Shown here piece after piece: positions 29,882 to 38,583 of a DNA stretch of 64,000 nucleotides. Both the position numbers and the translations under genes were made by a program. The stretch is taken from NCBI GenBank assembly GCA_937944975.1, contig CALEBF010000014.1, positions 82,304-146,303 on the forward strand, written 5' to 3'. Position 1 is the stretch's first letter; the number at the start of each line of letters is the position of its first letter. Under the pieces are notes generated by a model, which saw nothing but the letters and a program-made list of their open reading frames with translations, was not told the DNA's origin and searched no databases. The DNA comes from an uncultured Mycoplasmatota bacterium (GTDB lineage Bacteria > Bacillota_I > Bacilli_A > RF39 > UBA660).

Positions 29882-30018
29882 AAATTGAAAAAGGAAAGCA
29901 GAAGGAATCCACTTCTCACCCGATAGCTAAAGTTATGGGTAACATGCCAAAATGAGATATTATATTATAATATAGCGATGTTTGGAAGATGAGTGGATAC
30001 CTTGGTATTCACTTTTTT
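29882..30018 (+). promoter_or_regulatory. infC leader RNA (L20-type autoregulatory leader) ending in an attenuator hairpin
   Basis: A roughly 135-nt 5'UTR. The hairpin GAGUGGAUACC-uug-GGUAUUCAC (29991-30012) is followed by UUUUUU immediately 5' of the infC start. This is the layout of the Firmicute L20-responsive attenuator. Confidence 0.5.
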
Positions 30019-30564
30019 ATGGAGGTGTCAGTTATCGCAAATAAAGAGAGAGATTTGTTTATCAATGAACAAATAAGAGCACGTGAAGTGATGTTAATTG
30101 GTCCGAACGGGGAACAATTAGGAATTAAACCACTTAAAGATGCTCTAACATTAGCATCTTATGCGGGGTTTGATCTTGTTTTGATGAGTCCAAATGCTAA
30201 ACCACCAGTTTGTAAAATTATGGACTATAACAAGTTTAAGTATGAAAAGAAAAAACAAAACAAGGAAAACTTGAAAAAACAACGTGAGAAAAATTTAGAG
30301 ATGAAAGAGTATCGATTAACAGTATCGATCGATGTTCACGATTTTAATACGAGAGTGAAGAATTCATCTAAATATTTGGAAAAGGGTCATAAGATCAAAG
30401 CATCTATACGTTTCAAAGGTAGAGAGATGGTTCACATCGATCGTGGAAAAGATGTATTACATCGTTTTGCAGAAGCATTGAGTGAAATTTCTACTGTAGA
30501 ACAAAAACCTGTATTAGATGGTCGTGTGATGACAATGATACTTGCGCCAAAGAAGGAAAAGTAG
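30019..30564 (+). CDS. infC: Translation initiation factor IF-3
   Basis: 'ANKERDLFINEQIRAREVMLIGPNGEQLGIKPLKDAL' matches the IF-3 N-domain. The start is uncertain: the ATG at 30019 has no SD, while an SD GGAGGTG at 30021-30027 precedes an in-frame ATC at 30034. Confidence 0.8.
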   Translation: MEVSVIANKERDLFINEQIRAREVMLIGPNGEQLGIKPLKDALTLASYAGFDLVLMSPNAKPPVCKIMDYNKFKYEKKKQNKENLKKQREKNLEMKEYRLTVSIDVHDFNTRVKNSSKYLEKGHKIKASIRFKGREMVHIDRGKDVLHRFAEALSEISTVEQKPVLDGRVMTMILAPKKEK

Positions 30565-30575
30565 GAGGGACATAT

Positions 30576-30776
30576 ATGGCTAAAAAGACACAAAAAACAC
30601 ACAAGGGAACAGCTAAAGTATTAAAAGTAAGACCTGGTGGAACAGTAAAAATTGGAAAACCTGGAACGAGACATAACACAGGAAAGAAAAATGCTGCATC
30701 CAATAGAGCTGGAAGAAAAGGTTCATTATTAAGTAAAGCAGACATGAACAGATTGAAAAGTTTAATTAAAAAGTAA
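30576..30776 (+). CDS. rpmI: 50S ribosomal protein L35
   Basis: 'MAKKTQKTHKGTAKVLKVRPGGTVKIGKPGTRHNTGKK'. RBS AGGAGGGA. Confidence 0.9.
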   Translation: MAKKTQKTHKGTAKVLKVRPGGTVKIGKPGTRHNTGKKNAASNRAGRKGSLLSKADMNRLKSLIKK

Positions 30777-30795
30777 GATTTAGAAGGAGGATATT

Positions 30796-31344
30796 ATGCC
30801 AAGAGTAAAAAATGGAACAATTCACCGTGCACGTAGAGCAAAGGTTTTAAAAGAAGCAAAAGGTTATTTCGGAAGTAAACACAGATTATATAGAACAGCA
30901 AAAGAACAGGTGATGCATTCACATAAATATGCATACAGAGATAGAAGACAAAATAAAAGAGAATTCAGAAAATTATGGATTACGAGAATCAACGCAGCTT
31001 GCCGTATGAACGACATTAGTTATTCTAAGTTTATCAACGGATTAACAAAAGCTGGTGTTACGGTAAACCGTAAGATGTTAGCTGAAATTGCAATCGATAA
31101 TCCAAAGAGCTTTACATCTTTAGTTACAATTGCAAAAGACGCTTTAGAAGGAAAGAAATTTGAGGAGACAAAAGCTCCAAAGACTGTGAAGAAGGAAGAA
31201 AAACCTGCTAAAAAAGAAAAGAAGGAGGAAGCAACAGATTATTCTAAAATGACAGTTGCAGAACTTCGTAAGATTGCAAAGGAAAAAGGTGTAGAAGGAA
31301 CTTCTACAATGAAAAAAGCTGAATTGTTAGACGCTTTAAAATAA
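30796..31344 (+). CDS. rplT: 50S ribosomal protein L20 with about 64-aa C-terminal Lys/Glu-rich extension
   Basis: '[38 protein letters not shown]' is canonical L20 through about residue 118. It is followed by a KKEEK linker and '[32 protein letters not shown]'. Confidence 0.9.
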   Translation: MPRVKNGTIHRARRAKVLKEAKGYFGSKHRLYRTAKEQVMHSHKYAYRDRRQNKREFRKLWITRINAACRMNDISYSKFINGLTKAGVTVNRKMLAEIAIDNPKSFTSLVTIAKDALEGKKFEETKAPKTVKKEEKPAKKEKKEEATDYSKMTVAELRKIAKEKGVEGTSTMKKAELLDALK

Positions 31345-31368
31345 GATGCCAAATGGTATCTTTTTTTT
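31344..31368 (+). terminator. Rho-independent terminator after rplT
   Basis: AGATGCC-aaat-GGTATCT followed by TTTTTTTT. Confidence 0.6.
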
Positions 31369-31441
31369 GTTTACATTCGCTTTTTCTTTCATAGGTGAGA
31401 ATTTGTAGAAGTGTGCTATAATGTTGGTAGGGGGAGTTTGT

Positions 31442-32023
31442 ATGTATCAAAATTATGTTGAGTTAAAAGAACAGATGGAGCAGGTAAAAGCAGAGAGGGA
31501 GGAATTGGCACGGGCTTTTAAAGCGAAAGAGATAGGTCTTGACTTAGAAGAGTATTATGCCCAAATGCAGGAGCTACAATTAAAGGAAAATCAAAGTAAG
31601 GCTTCTCTAGAGGAGTATCGTAAGGAACACAAGTTAGAAATTTCACGGGAGATGTTAAAAAATTATTTTGGATATGAACTCAATCCCGAGTACATCAAAT
31701 CCATTCGCCCGGACGGAATGGCAATGCAAGTTGATGTAAAGGAAGAAAAAAGTATTAAACAGTTAGATAACGAGATTTTTAGTTGTTTGAAACGTGCCCG
31801 TGAAATGTTTCAGAAACATGAAATAGATGAATTTACATATACGGAGATTTTAAGTGCGATTGCAACAGTGAAAAAGGATATTTATCAGACGCTTGGAGTA
31901 AAAGATGAGACAAAAGAAGCAAATGCGTCTATGCAACATTCAGGAGGACCTTCATTGCCTTTGGTGTTAGGTCTTATCTTGCTCATTATTGTAATAGGAG
32001 TATGTTGGTTTTTATTGTTTTAA
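31442..32023 (+). CDS. Hypothetical coiled-coil protein with C-terminal membrane anchor
   Basis: ATG 31442 after GGGGGAG. Charged, coiled-coil-like body. C-terminal 'LPLVLGLILLIIVIGVCWFLLF'. Confidence 0.4.
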   Translation: MYQNYVELKEQMEQVKAEREELARAFKAKEIGLDLEEYYAQMQELQLKENQSKASLEEYRKEHKLEISREMLKNYFGYELNPEYIKSIRPDGMAMQVDVKEEKSIKQLDNEIFSCLKRAREMFQKHEIDEFTYTEILSAIATVKKDIYQTLGVKDETKEANASMQHSGGPSLPLVLGLILLIIVIGVCWFLLF

Positions 32024-32050
32024 AATCTTTTCTTTAGAAAGGAGCAACTT

Positions 32051-32545
32051 ATGAAGGAATTATATATCGATTTTGATGGTGTACTAATGGATACCATTGC
32101 AACTTCTTATCGTCTATTAGATGAACAACAAGTAGATTTGGATAATTATGATGAAGTTTTAAAGTTTTATCAAACTTTGAATTGGGAACAAGTAATTGAA
32201 ATCACTCCCATTTTATACGATAGTATGGATCGCTTAAAAAGAATGAAAGAATCAAATCGTTTTAATATATCTGTTTTAACTCATGTCAATAGCGTTCCTG
32301 AGATTGTGGAGAAAGTAAAATTTATACGAAAATATTTTGATGATATTACGATTATTGCCTGCCCTAAAGAACTTAGTAAAACAAAAATGGTACATGCAAA
32401 AGATGCGATTCTTATCGATGATTATTCCGAAAATTTAAGAGAATGGAAAGCAGCAGGAGGAATTCCAGTAAAGTTTTCGCCAACGAAAAAGACGACAGAA
32501 TTTTTATGTGTCGATCGAATTGATCAAGTGTTAGACATTTTATAA
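32051..32545 (+). CDS. HAD-superfamily hydrolase (5'(3')-deoxyribonucleotidase-like)
   Basis: N-terminal 'LYIDFDGVLMDT' is HAD motif I (DxDGV). 164 aa. A hairpin terminator follows at about 32566-32592. Confidence 0.5.
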   Translation: MKELYIDFDGVLMDTIATSYRLLDEQQVDLDNYDEVLKFYQTLNWEQVIEITPILYDSMDRLKRMKESNRFNISVLTHVNSVPEIVEKVKFIRKYFDDITIIACPKELSKTKMVHAKDAILIDDYSENLREWKAAGGIPVKFSPTKKTTEFLCVDRIDQVLDIL

Positions 32546-32617
32546 TTTTTTGTATACAAAAAAGAACAACTATGGATAGTTGTTCTTATATAAAATATTT
32601 ACCAAATGAGGTGACAT

Positions 32618-33685
32618 ATGGAAAAGGAATTATTCGATATATTTTTTGAAGTGATACATGGTGCTAAGATTGGTAAAATTCCAACTGTGTTATCTTATGT
32701 ACAAGCAGGATTTGAAACGGAAATCAAAGATCGCTTTTCTAACGTAAGTGAAGATAGTAAACATATACTTTACATCGATGATTTTAATCGATTTATGAAT
32801 GCGCTGAAACGATACAGTGAAATTGTAATGAATACAGATCATACGTGGTTTCGAGTTTCAGAGGAGAAAAATCATTCTTACTGGAGAGCTAATCTCGTAT
32901 ATTTACTTGCAAATATGACACCACAAGATTTTCAAAAACCTACTGAATTTGTGAATCGTTATATTGCATTTTGTGAGGATCGGACATTTTCAGAACCGAT
33001 GACGATGGAGTATGCTCCTTTGGATTGTAAGATTCATGTAGAGAGAAAAGAACAACCAGCAGGACAAGAAACACCATACGCACTCTCAATTACACTGAAA
33101 AAAGAATATCCAGAAGGTGTGGCTCATTATACGTTGCCGTTACTTAGATATGGAGTTGCAAACAATCAATTATATCTTTATGCAATTCAAGGAAAGAATA
33201 ATAGTGATATAATGGAGTTGGATAGGAAATTAGCGAAGAAGGCAAATCGCCATTTCTACAAAATGAATAGAAATTGTCGTGAAGAATTACAGGATGTCCC
33301 ATTATCTTTCATGTTTGCATCTACGATCTTATTAAAATGTATGCAAGAAGCTGGAATAGAAGATATGGTGATCGCAAAGTCATTGCCATTAAAAGTGGAA
33401 ATGAAGAAAAATGTATTTGGAGATATGACAAAGTATAAAGGATTAAGTTCTAGCAAGTTAAAAGCACTTGGGGTTATTACAAACGTAGAAGAAATCGAAT
33501 ATAATCTTACAACTCGTTTCTTGCATGTGGTAGAACGGTTACAAGAGCAAATACATGGAATTGCTTTCAAAGGAGAAGATGAGAGTTTTTTAACGGCGAA
33601 TGTGAATGGAAATATGTTATTTTCGGAAAATGAGGTATATCAAACATTATTAGATTCCGCAGTTACATATCAAAAGAGAAAGTAA
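32618..33685 (+). CDS. Hypothetical protein (355 aa), first gene of uncharacterised pair
   Basis: RBS GAGGTGA before the ATG. No recognisable catalytic motifs and no TM segments. Confidence 0.4.
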   Translation: MEKELFDIFFEVIHGAKIGKIPTVLSYVQAGFETEIKDRFSNVSEDSKHILYIDDFNRFMNALKRYSEIVMNTDHTWFRVSEEKNHSYWRANLVYLLANMTPQDFQKPTEFVNRYIAFCEDRTFSEPMTMEYAPLDCKIHVERKEQPAGQETPYALSITLKKEYPEGVAHYTLPLLRYGVANNQLYLYAIQGKNNSDIMELDRKLAKKANRHFYKMNRNCREELQDVPLSFMFASTILLKCMQEAGIEDMVIAKSLPLKVEMKKNVFGDMTKYKGLSSSKLKALGVITNVEEIEYNLTTRFLHVVERLQEQIHGIAFKGEDESFLTANVNGNMLFSENEVYQTLLDSAVTYQKRK

Positions 33686-33699
33686 AGGAGATAAAAAGA

Positions 33700-34710
33700 A
33701 TGCAGCAATTAAACAATATAGCGAGATTAAAAGATTTGTATGGAGATGAATTTGATGAAAAACATTTGATTACTGTATTTGACATCAATGGAAATCCATT
33801 TCAAATGATAGGGGCATCATATCCTGAAATCAATGCTTTAGAAGGTGGATATATTATCACACCGAATGGTAAATTTATTACAGTGCGAGATTTTCAAGAA
33901 CACGATGATGTATTTTCACTTTATATCAATTATTATAAAGGAACTCCAGATTCGACAGAACAGTGGGGAAGTTACGAATGTACAAAGATGTTAAACGATA
34001 TGAAGCATATTGTGTATTTTGGCGTTAAAACAAGGTATACGACAGAAATTGTCACTGGAAAAGAAGCTCAAAACTATTTGAAGGATGCCCGCATTTCTAA
34101 TATAGCAAAAGGCTATGGAGTACTTTCTTTTCCAAAGGATCGAGATATTACAAACGAACAAAAATTAGCGACACAATTACTTTTGTTTACAAATGATAGA
34201 CAGACGGGAGAAAAAGCTTCTAAAATATTAGATATTAGTTATGGAAATATGGAAGAAAATATCGTTTATGATCACCATGATATGTTAAATGTGTTCCAAC
34301 CAAAAGAAGAGGCAGGGCTACACTTGCCGAAAGAAGATATCAAATATGCCCTTGGTTGTTTTAATCGAATGGTTGTGACTGATATGAAAAAGTTAAATCG
34401 CGTAAAGTCGGAATTGCAACAATATGATGAAAAAACAAATATGGATGTCAAGGTGGTGTTGAGAGATCTTTACCGTCATATCGAATCATCCGATCTTTCT
34501 GCATTAGAAAAAGGACGCGAATTTGCAGAAGTTATTCGTATCGCACAGTCGTATGATGATCCTACCGTATACGGATATATGATGGGGGAAGATGAGAAGT
34601 TAAGAATTGCGAATGAAAAGTTATTCTTTAAATTAAATCGATATCAAAATTGGGTAGAATATATCCAAAAAGGAAAGATTGTTCAAAAGCATACAGCATA
34701 TAAAAAATAA
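33700..34710 (+). CDS. Hypothetical protein (336 aa), second gene of uncharacterised pair
   Basis: RBS AAGGAGA before the ATG, 14 nt after the previous stop. Soluble, with no recognisable motif. Confidence 0.4.
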   Translation: MQQLNNIARLKDLYGDEFDEKHLITVFDINGNPFQMIGASYPEINALEGGYIITPNGKFITVRDFQEHDDVFSLYINYYKGTPDSTEQWGSYECTKMLNDMKHIVYFGVKTRYTTEIVTGKEAQNYLKDARISNIAKGYGVLSFPKDRDITNEQKLATQLLLFTNDRQTGEKASKILDISYGNMEENIVYDHHDMLNVFQPKEEAGLHLPKEDIKYALGCFNRMVVTDMKKLNRVKSELQQYDEKTNMDVKVVLRDLYRHIESSDLSALEKGREFAEVIRIAQSYDDPTVYGYMMGEDEKLRIANEKLFFKLNRYQNWVEYIQKGKIVQKHTAYKK

Positions 34711-34737
34711 TTAGCACTCGCTATTGACGAGTGCTAA
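34711..34737 (+). promoter_or_regulatory. CIRCE element (HrcA operator) TTAGCACTC-N9-GAGTGCTAA, doubling as terminator hairpin of the upstream operon
   Basis: A perfect match to the CIRCE consensus. The spacer contains TTGAC, and the element is followed by TTTT. Confidence 0.8.
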
Positions 34738-34752
34738 TTTTAGTGTTATAAT
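34724..34752 (+). promoter_or_regulatory. clpB promoter (TTGACG-17-TATAAT) overlapping CIRCE
   Basis: The -35 sits in the CIRCE spacer. The -10 TATAAT is at 34747-34752. Confidence 0.55.
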
Positions 34753-34796
34753 GTATTTGTTTGGTAAATAGACCAAATGAAAAGGAGGGGATACTT

Positions 34797-36911
34797 ATGA
34801 ATAATAATCAAAATCCATACCAAGAAAACTTGGAAAATGTATTGGAAAAATATGGTAGAGATATCACTGCCGGAGTACGTGATGGCAAACAGGACCCTGT
34901 CATCGGTCGCGATGATGAGATTCGTAGTATCACTCGTATTTTATCGAGAAAGACGAAAAATAATCCAGTATTGATTGGAGAACCAGGAGTTGGAAAAACA
35001 GCCATTGTAGAAGGACTTGCCCAACGTATTGTAAAAGGGGATGTTCCAGATAGTTTGAAGAATAAAACTGTGTGGGAACTCGATATGGGAGCATTGATTG
35101 CTGGAGCAAAATATCGTGGAGAATTCGAAGAGCGTTTAAAAGCAGTTTTGAAAGAAGTAAAAGAATCAGAAGGAAATATTATCATGTTTATCGATGAGAT
35201 TCACATGATCGTAGGAGCTGGAGCGCTCGAAGGAGCGATGGATGCTGGAAATATGTTAAAACCAATGCTTGCGCGTGGTGAAATTCGTGTGATCGGGGCA
35301 ACGACATTAAACGAGTATCGTAAATATATCGAAAAAGACGGAGCCTTAGAGAGACGTTTTCAAAAAGTATTAGTTAGTGAGCCAACGGTAATTGATACGA
35401 TTACGATTTTAAGAGGATTAAAACAACGATTTGAAGTTTATCATGGAGTTAACATTAAAGATAAAGCCTTAGTTGCAGCAGCAACACTTTCCGATCGATA
35501 TATTACGGATCGTTTCTTACCAGATAAAGCGATCGATTTAGTAGATGAAGCTTGTGCGACGATCAAAGTACAGATGGATTCTGTACCAACCGCACTTGAT
35601 ACATTGACGCGCGATATTATGCGTTTGGAAATTGAAAAACAAGCTTTAAAAAAGGAGAAAGATGAACTTTCAAAAAAACGATTAGAAGAGATCGAACAAA
35701 AACTTACTGGTATGAAAGAGCGTGAAGCGAAATTCCGTAAAGATTGGGAAAATGAAAAAAATATCAATGAAAAGATCAGTAAGAAAAAAGAAGAGATCGA
35801 GCATGCGAAGTTCGAATTGGAACAAGCTGAGAATCGTTATGATTTAGAGACAGCAGCACGTCTTCGTCATGGATCAATTCCAAAATTAGAATCAGAGTTA
35901 GAAGAGTTGCGAAAAGTAGATGGTTCTAAGATTTTAGGAGATACTGTAACAGACGAAGACATCGCAGGTATTATCTCAAAATGGACGAACATTCCAGTGC
36001 AAAAACTAGTAGGGGGAGAAAGAGAAAAACTACTTCATTTAAATGAGAATATGAAAAAGAGAGTAAAAGGACAAGATGAAGCACTTAACCTTGTAAGTGA
36101 AGCGATTATTCGTGCACGTGCTGGAATCAAAGATCCAAATCGTCCGATCGGTTCTTTCTTATTCTTAGGTCCGACTGGTGTTGGAAAAACGGAAGTGGCC
36201 CGTACACTTGCTTATGAATTGTTCGATGATGAACGCCATATGGTACGTATCGATATGAGTGAATATATGGAAGCACATTCTGTCTCTCGTTTAGTTGGAG
36301 CACCTCCTGGATATGTTGGATATGACGAAGGAGGACAATTAACGGAAGCAGTACGTAGAAATCCTTATAGTATCGTATTATTTGATGAAATTGAAAAAGC
36401 ACATCGTGATGTATTTAATATCTTACTTCAAATTCTAGATGATGGACGCATCACAGATTCTCAAGGAAGAACGGTCGATTTTAAAAATACGATCATTATC
36501 TTAACTTCTAATTTAGGAAGTGAATATATCTTAGATAAAGAAGAGAACAGTGAAGAACTTGTCATGAATGCAGTAAGACATACATTTAAGCCAGAGTTTA
36601 TTAATCGATTAGATGAGATCATCGTATTCCATTCTCTATCGAAAGATGTCGTATATGATATTTTGGATAAGATTATTTCTGAGATCGAATATCGTTTGCG
36701 TGATCAGAAGGTAAAGATTACGTTAACCGAGAAAGCAAAAGATTATATTATCGATCAATCTTACGATGAAAACTATGGTGCACGTCCGATCAAACGGTAT
36801 GTAAGTCGTCATCTTGAAACGTTGATTGCAAATAAACTAATTCAAGATGAAATCAAGTTTAATTCGGAAATTATCGTCGATCTCGAAGACGGGAATCTTT
36901 GTATAAAATAG
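34797..36911 (+). CDS. clpB: ClpB disaggregase lacking the N-terminal domain (AAA1, M-domain coiled coil and AAA2 present)
   Basis: ATG 34797 after AAAGGAGGGG. The protein starts at the '[53 protein letters not shown]' block. A long M-domain coiled coil is present. The second Walker A is '[11 protein letters not shown]'. About 704 aa, against about 860 for full-length ClpB. Confidence 0.85.
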   Translation: MNNNQNPYQENLENVLEKYGRDITAGVRDGKQDPVIGRDDEIRSITRILSRKTKNNPVLIGEPGVGKTAIVEGLAQRIVKGDVPDSLKNKTVWELDMGALIAGAKYRGEFEERLKAVLKEVKESEGNIIMFIDEIHMIVGAGALEGAMDAGNMLKPMLARGEIRVIGATTLNEYRKYIEKDGALERRFQKVLVSEPTVIDTITILRGLKQRFEVYHGVNIKDKALVAAATLSDRYITDRFLPDKAIDLVDEACATIKVQMDSVPTALDTLTRDIMRLEIEKQALKKEKDELSKKRLEEIEQKLTGMKEREAKFRKDWENEKNINEKISKKKEEIEHAKFELEQAENRYDLETAARLRHGSIPKLESELEELRKVDGSKILGDTVTDEDIAGIISKWTNIPVQKLVGGEREKLLHLNENMKKRVKGQDEALNLVSEAIIRARAGIKDPNRPIGSFLFLGPTGVGKTEVARTLAYELFDDERHMVRIDMSEYMEAHSVSRLVGAPPGYVGYDEGGQLTEAVRRNPYSIVLFDEIEKAHRDVFNILLQILDDGRITDSQGRTVDFKNTIIILTSNLGSEYILDKEENSEELVMNAVRHTFKPEFINRLDEIIVFHSLSKDVVYDILDKIISEIEYRLRDQKVKITLTEKAKDYIIDQSYDENYGARPIKRYVSRHLETLIANKLIQDEIKFNSEIIVDLEDGNLCIK

Positions 36912-36945
36912 GAGGAATCACTTCCTCTTATTTTTATTTTGTCAT
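36912..36945 (+). terminator. Terminator after clpB
   Basis: GGAGGAA-tcac-TTCCTC followed by TTATTTTTATTTT. Confidence 0.5.
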
Positions 36946-37010
36946 ATTGTAAAATAACGAGATATGTGCTAAAATGAAAACAATGTAAAGGTGAAGTAAG
37001 GAGGGATTTC

Positions 37011-37532
37011 ATGGAAAAATACATTCCAGATGTATATCAAAAAAGTATTTACACCATCGATTATCAAAAATTGAAATCCAGTGGAATTCATTGTTTATTA
37101 TTCGATTTAGATAATACATTGGTTCCAGCTAGCGTAAAAGTGCCGAATAAGAGAATAAAAGAATTATTTGAAGATTTGAAGGAACAAGGTTTTCAATTGA
37201 TTTTATTTTCTAACAGCCCTAAAAAAAGAGTAAAAGCATTTGCAGATCAATTAGCGATTGGATATATCTCTAGTGCGATGAAACCACTGAGTGCAAAGTT
37301 TCAGAAAGTGATGAAAAAGTATCATTATGAAGAAAGTGAAGTCGCAATTATTGGAGATCAGATGCTTACAGATATTCTCGGTGGAAATAAGGCTGGGATC
37401 ACGACGGTCTTAGTGAATCCAGTAAGTAAGCATGACATGGTATTTACGAAAGTGAATCGTTTTTTGGAAGAGAGAATTATGCATAAACTTCGTGAGAAAG
37501 ATTTGTTTGTGAAAGGAAAGTATTATGACTAA
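37011..37532 (+). CDS. yqeG: YqeG-family HAD phosphatase (subfamily IIIA)
   Basis: 'GIHCLLFDLDNTLVP' is the HAD DxDxT motif. The gene order yqeG-yqeH is conserved. Confidence 0.7.
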   Translation: MEKYIPDVYQKSIYTIDYQKLKSSGIHCLLFDLDNTLVPASVKVPNKRIKELFEDLKEQGFQLILFSNSPKKRVKAFADQLAIGYISSAMKPLSAKFQKVMKKYHYEESEVAIIGDQMLTDILGGNKAGITTVLVNPVSKHDMVFTKVNRFLEERIMHKLREKDLFVKGKYYD

Positions 37533-38517
37533 GTATTGCGAAGGATGTGGAGCTGTATTACAGACAGCTGATCGTAATATCGAAGGTTATGTGAGTGATT
37601 TGGAACATACGTTGTGCGAACGTTGTTTTCGTATACGAAATTATAATGACTATAAAAGTATCGCAAAGGATAATACAGAATTCATGGCACTATTGGAGAA
37701 AATTAACGAAACGAACGATCCCGTTGTCCTTGTCGTAGATTTAATGCACATTCATCCAGATATTCAAAAAATAGCCCGTGCGTTACACAATCCACTTCTT
37801 TTAGTCCTTACTAAGAGAGATTTGTTGCCACGAACGACTTACGATTCTAAACTACTTCAATATATCGATCGTTTTCAGATTCCATTTGTCGATAAAGTGA
37901 TGGTTAGTAGTAGGAAAAATGATCATATGGATGAACTTTACGAAAAAATTCAGAAGCATCAAACTAGTCCTAACGTCTATGTTGTCGGGCTTACGAATGC
38001 AGGAAAGTCTACGATGTTGAATCAGATGATTTATAATTATAGTGATGTGAAAAGAGAAATTACGACGAGTATGCTGCCTTCAACGACGATGAATTTTATC
38101 ACGATTCCGATTTCAGAAGGATTGACTTTTATCGATACTCCTGGAATTTTGGATCAAGGTAACATGTTGGAATATATCGACTATCCAACGATGAAAAAAG
38201 TCGTACCAAAATCAGAGATTCGCCCAAGAACTTATCAGATTAAGGATGCACAGACGCATGTGATTGATTCTTTACTCCGCGTCGATTATAAAACACAAAA
38301 TAGCGTAACTTATTATATTTCTAACGTGCTAAAAATAGAGAGATATTATAAAGATACAGATCGATTACAAGAGTTAGAACGACATGAAATTACCGTTCGT
38401 GAGCGTGAAGACGTAGTGATTTCTGGATTTGGATTTATCAAAATTATGAAAACTTGTAGTTTGACACTATATACATTAAAAGGTGTGAGTGTATATACGA
38501 GAGATTCTTTGATTTAA
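37525..38517 (+). CDS. yqeH: Ribosome biogenesis GTPase YqeH (circularly permuted GTPase with N-terminal zinc ribbon)
   Basis: 'CEGCGAVLQ...CERCFRIRNY' zinc ribbon. G4 'LTKRDL' precedes G1 'VVGLTNAGKST', the permuted order. Confidence 0.8.
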   Translation: MTKYCEGCGAVLQTADRNIEGYVSDLEHTLCERCFRIRNYNDYKSIAKDNTEFMALLEKINETNDPVVLVVDLMHIHPDIQKIARALHNPLLLVLTKRDLLPRTTYDSKLLQYIDRFQIPFVDKVMVSSRKNDHMDELYEKIQKHQTSPNVYVVGLTNAGKSTMLNQMIYNYSDVKREITTSMLPSTTMNFITIPISEGLTFIDTPGILDQGNMLEYIDYPTMKKVVPKSEIRPRTYQIKDAQTHVIDSLLRVDYKTQNSVTYYISNVLKIERYYKDTDRLQELERHEITVREREDVVISGFGFIKIMKTCSLTLYTLKGVSVYTRDSLI

Positions 38518-38583
38518 TTAGGAATTTCTCTTTTTTTTTTCCGCTCTTTGGTATATAATATTAGAAGAATAGAGAGGGATTCT

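Noticed and set aside
29989-30018. The upstream ATG at 29989 as the infC start
   Set aside because: Those codons lie inside the leader attenuator hairpin and T-tract and encode non-IF-3-like residues.
34740-34760. Possible CtsR box (GGTAAATAGACCAAA) upstream of clpB
   Set aside because: The sequence is an inverted rather than direct heptad repeat and matches the CtsR consensus poorly. The adjacent perfect CIRCE element explains regulation.
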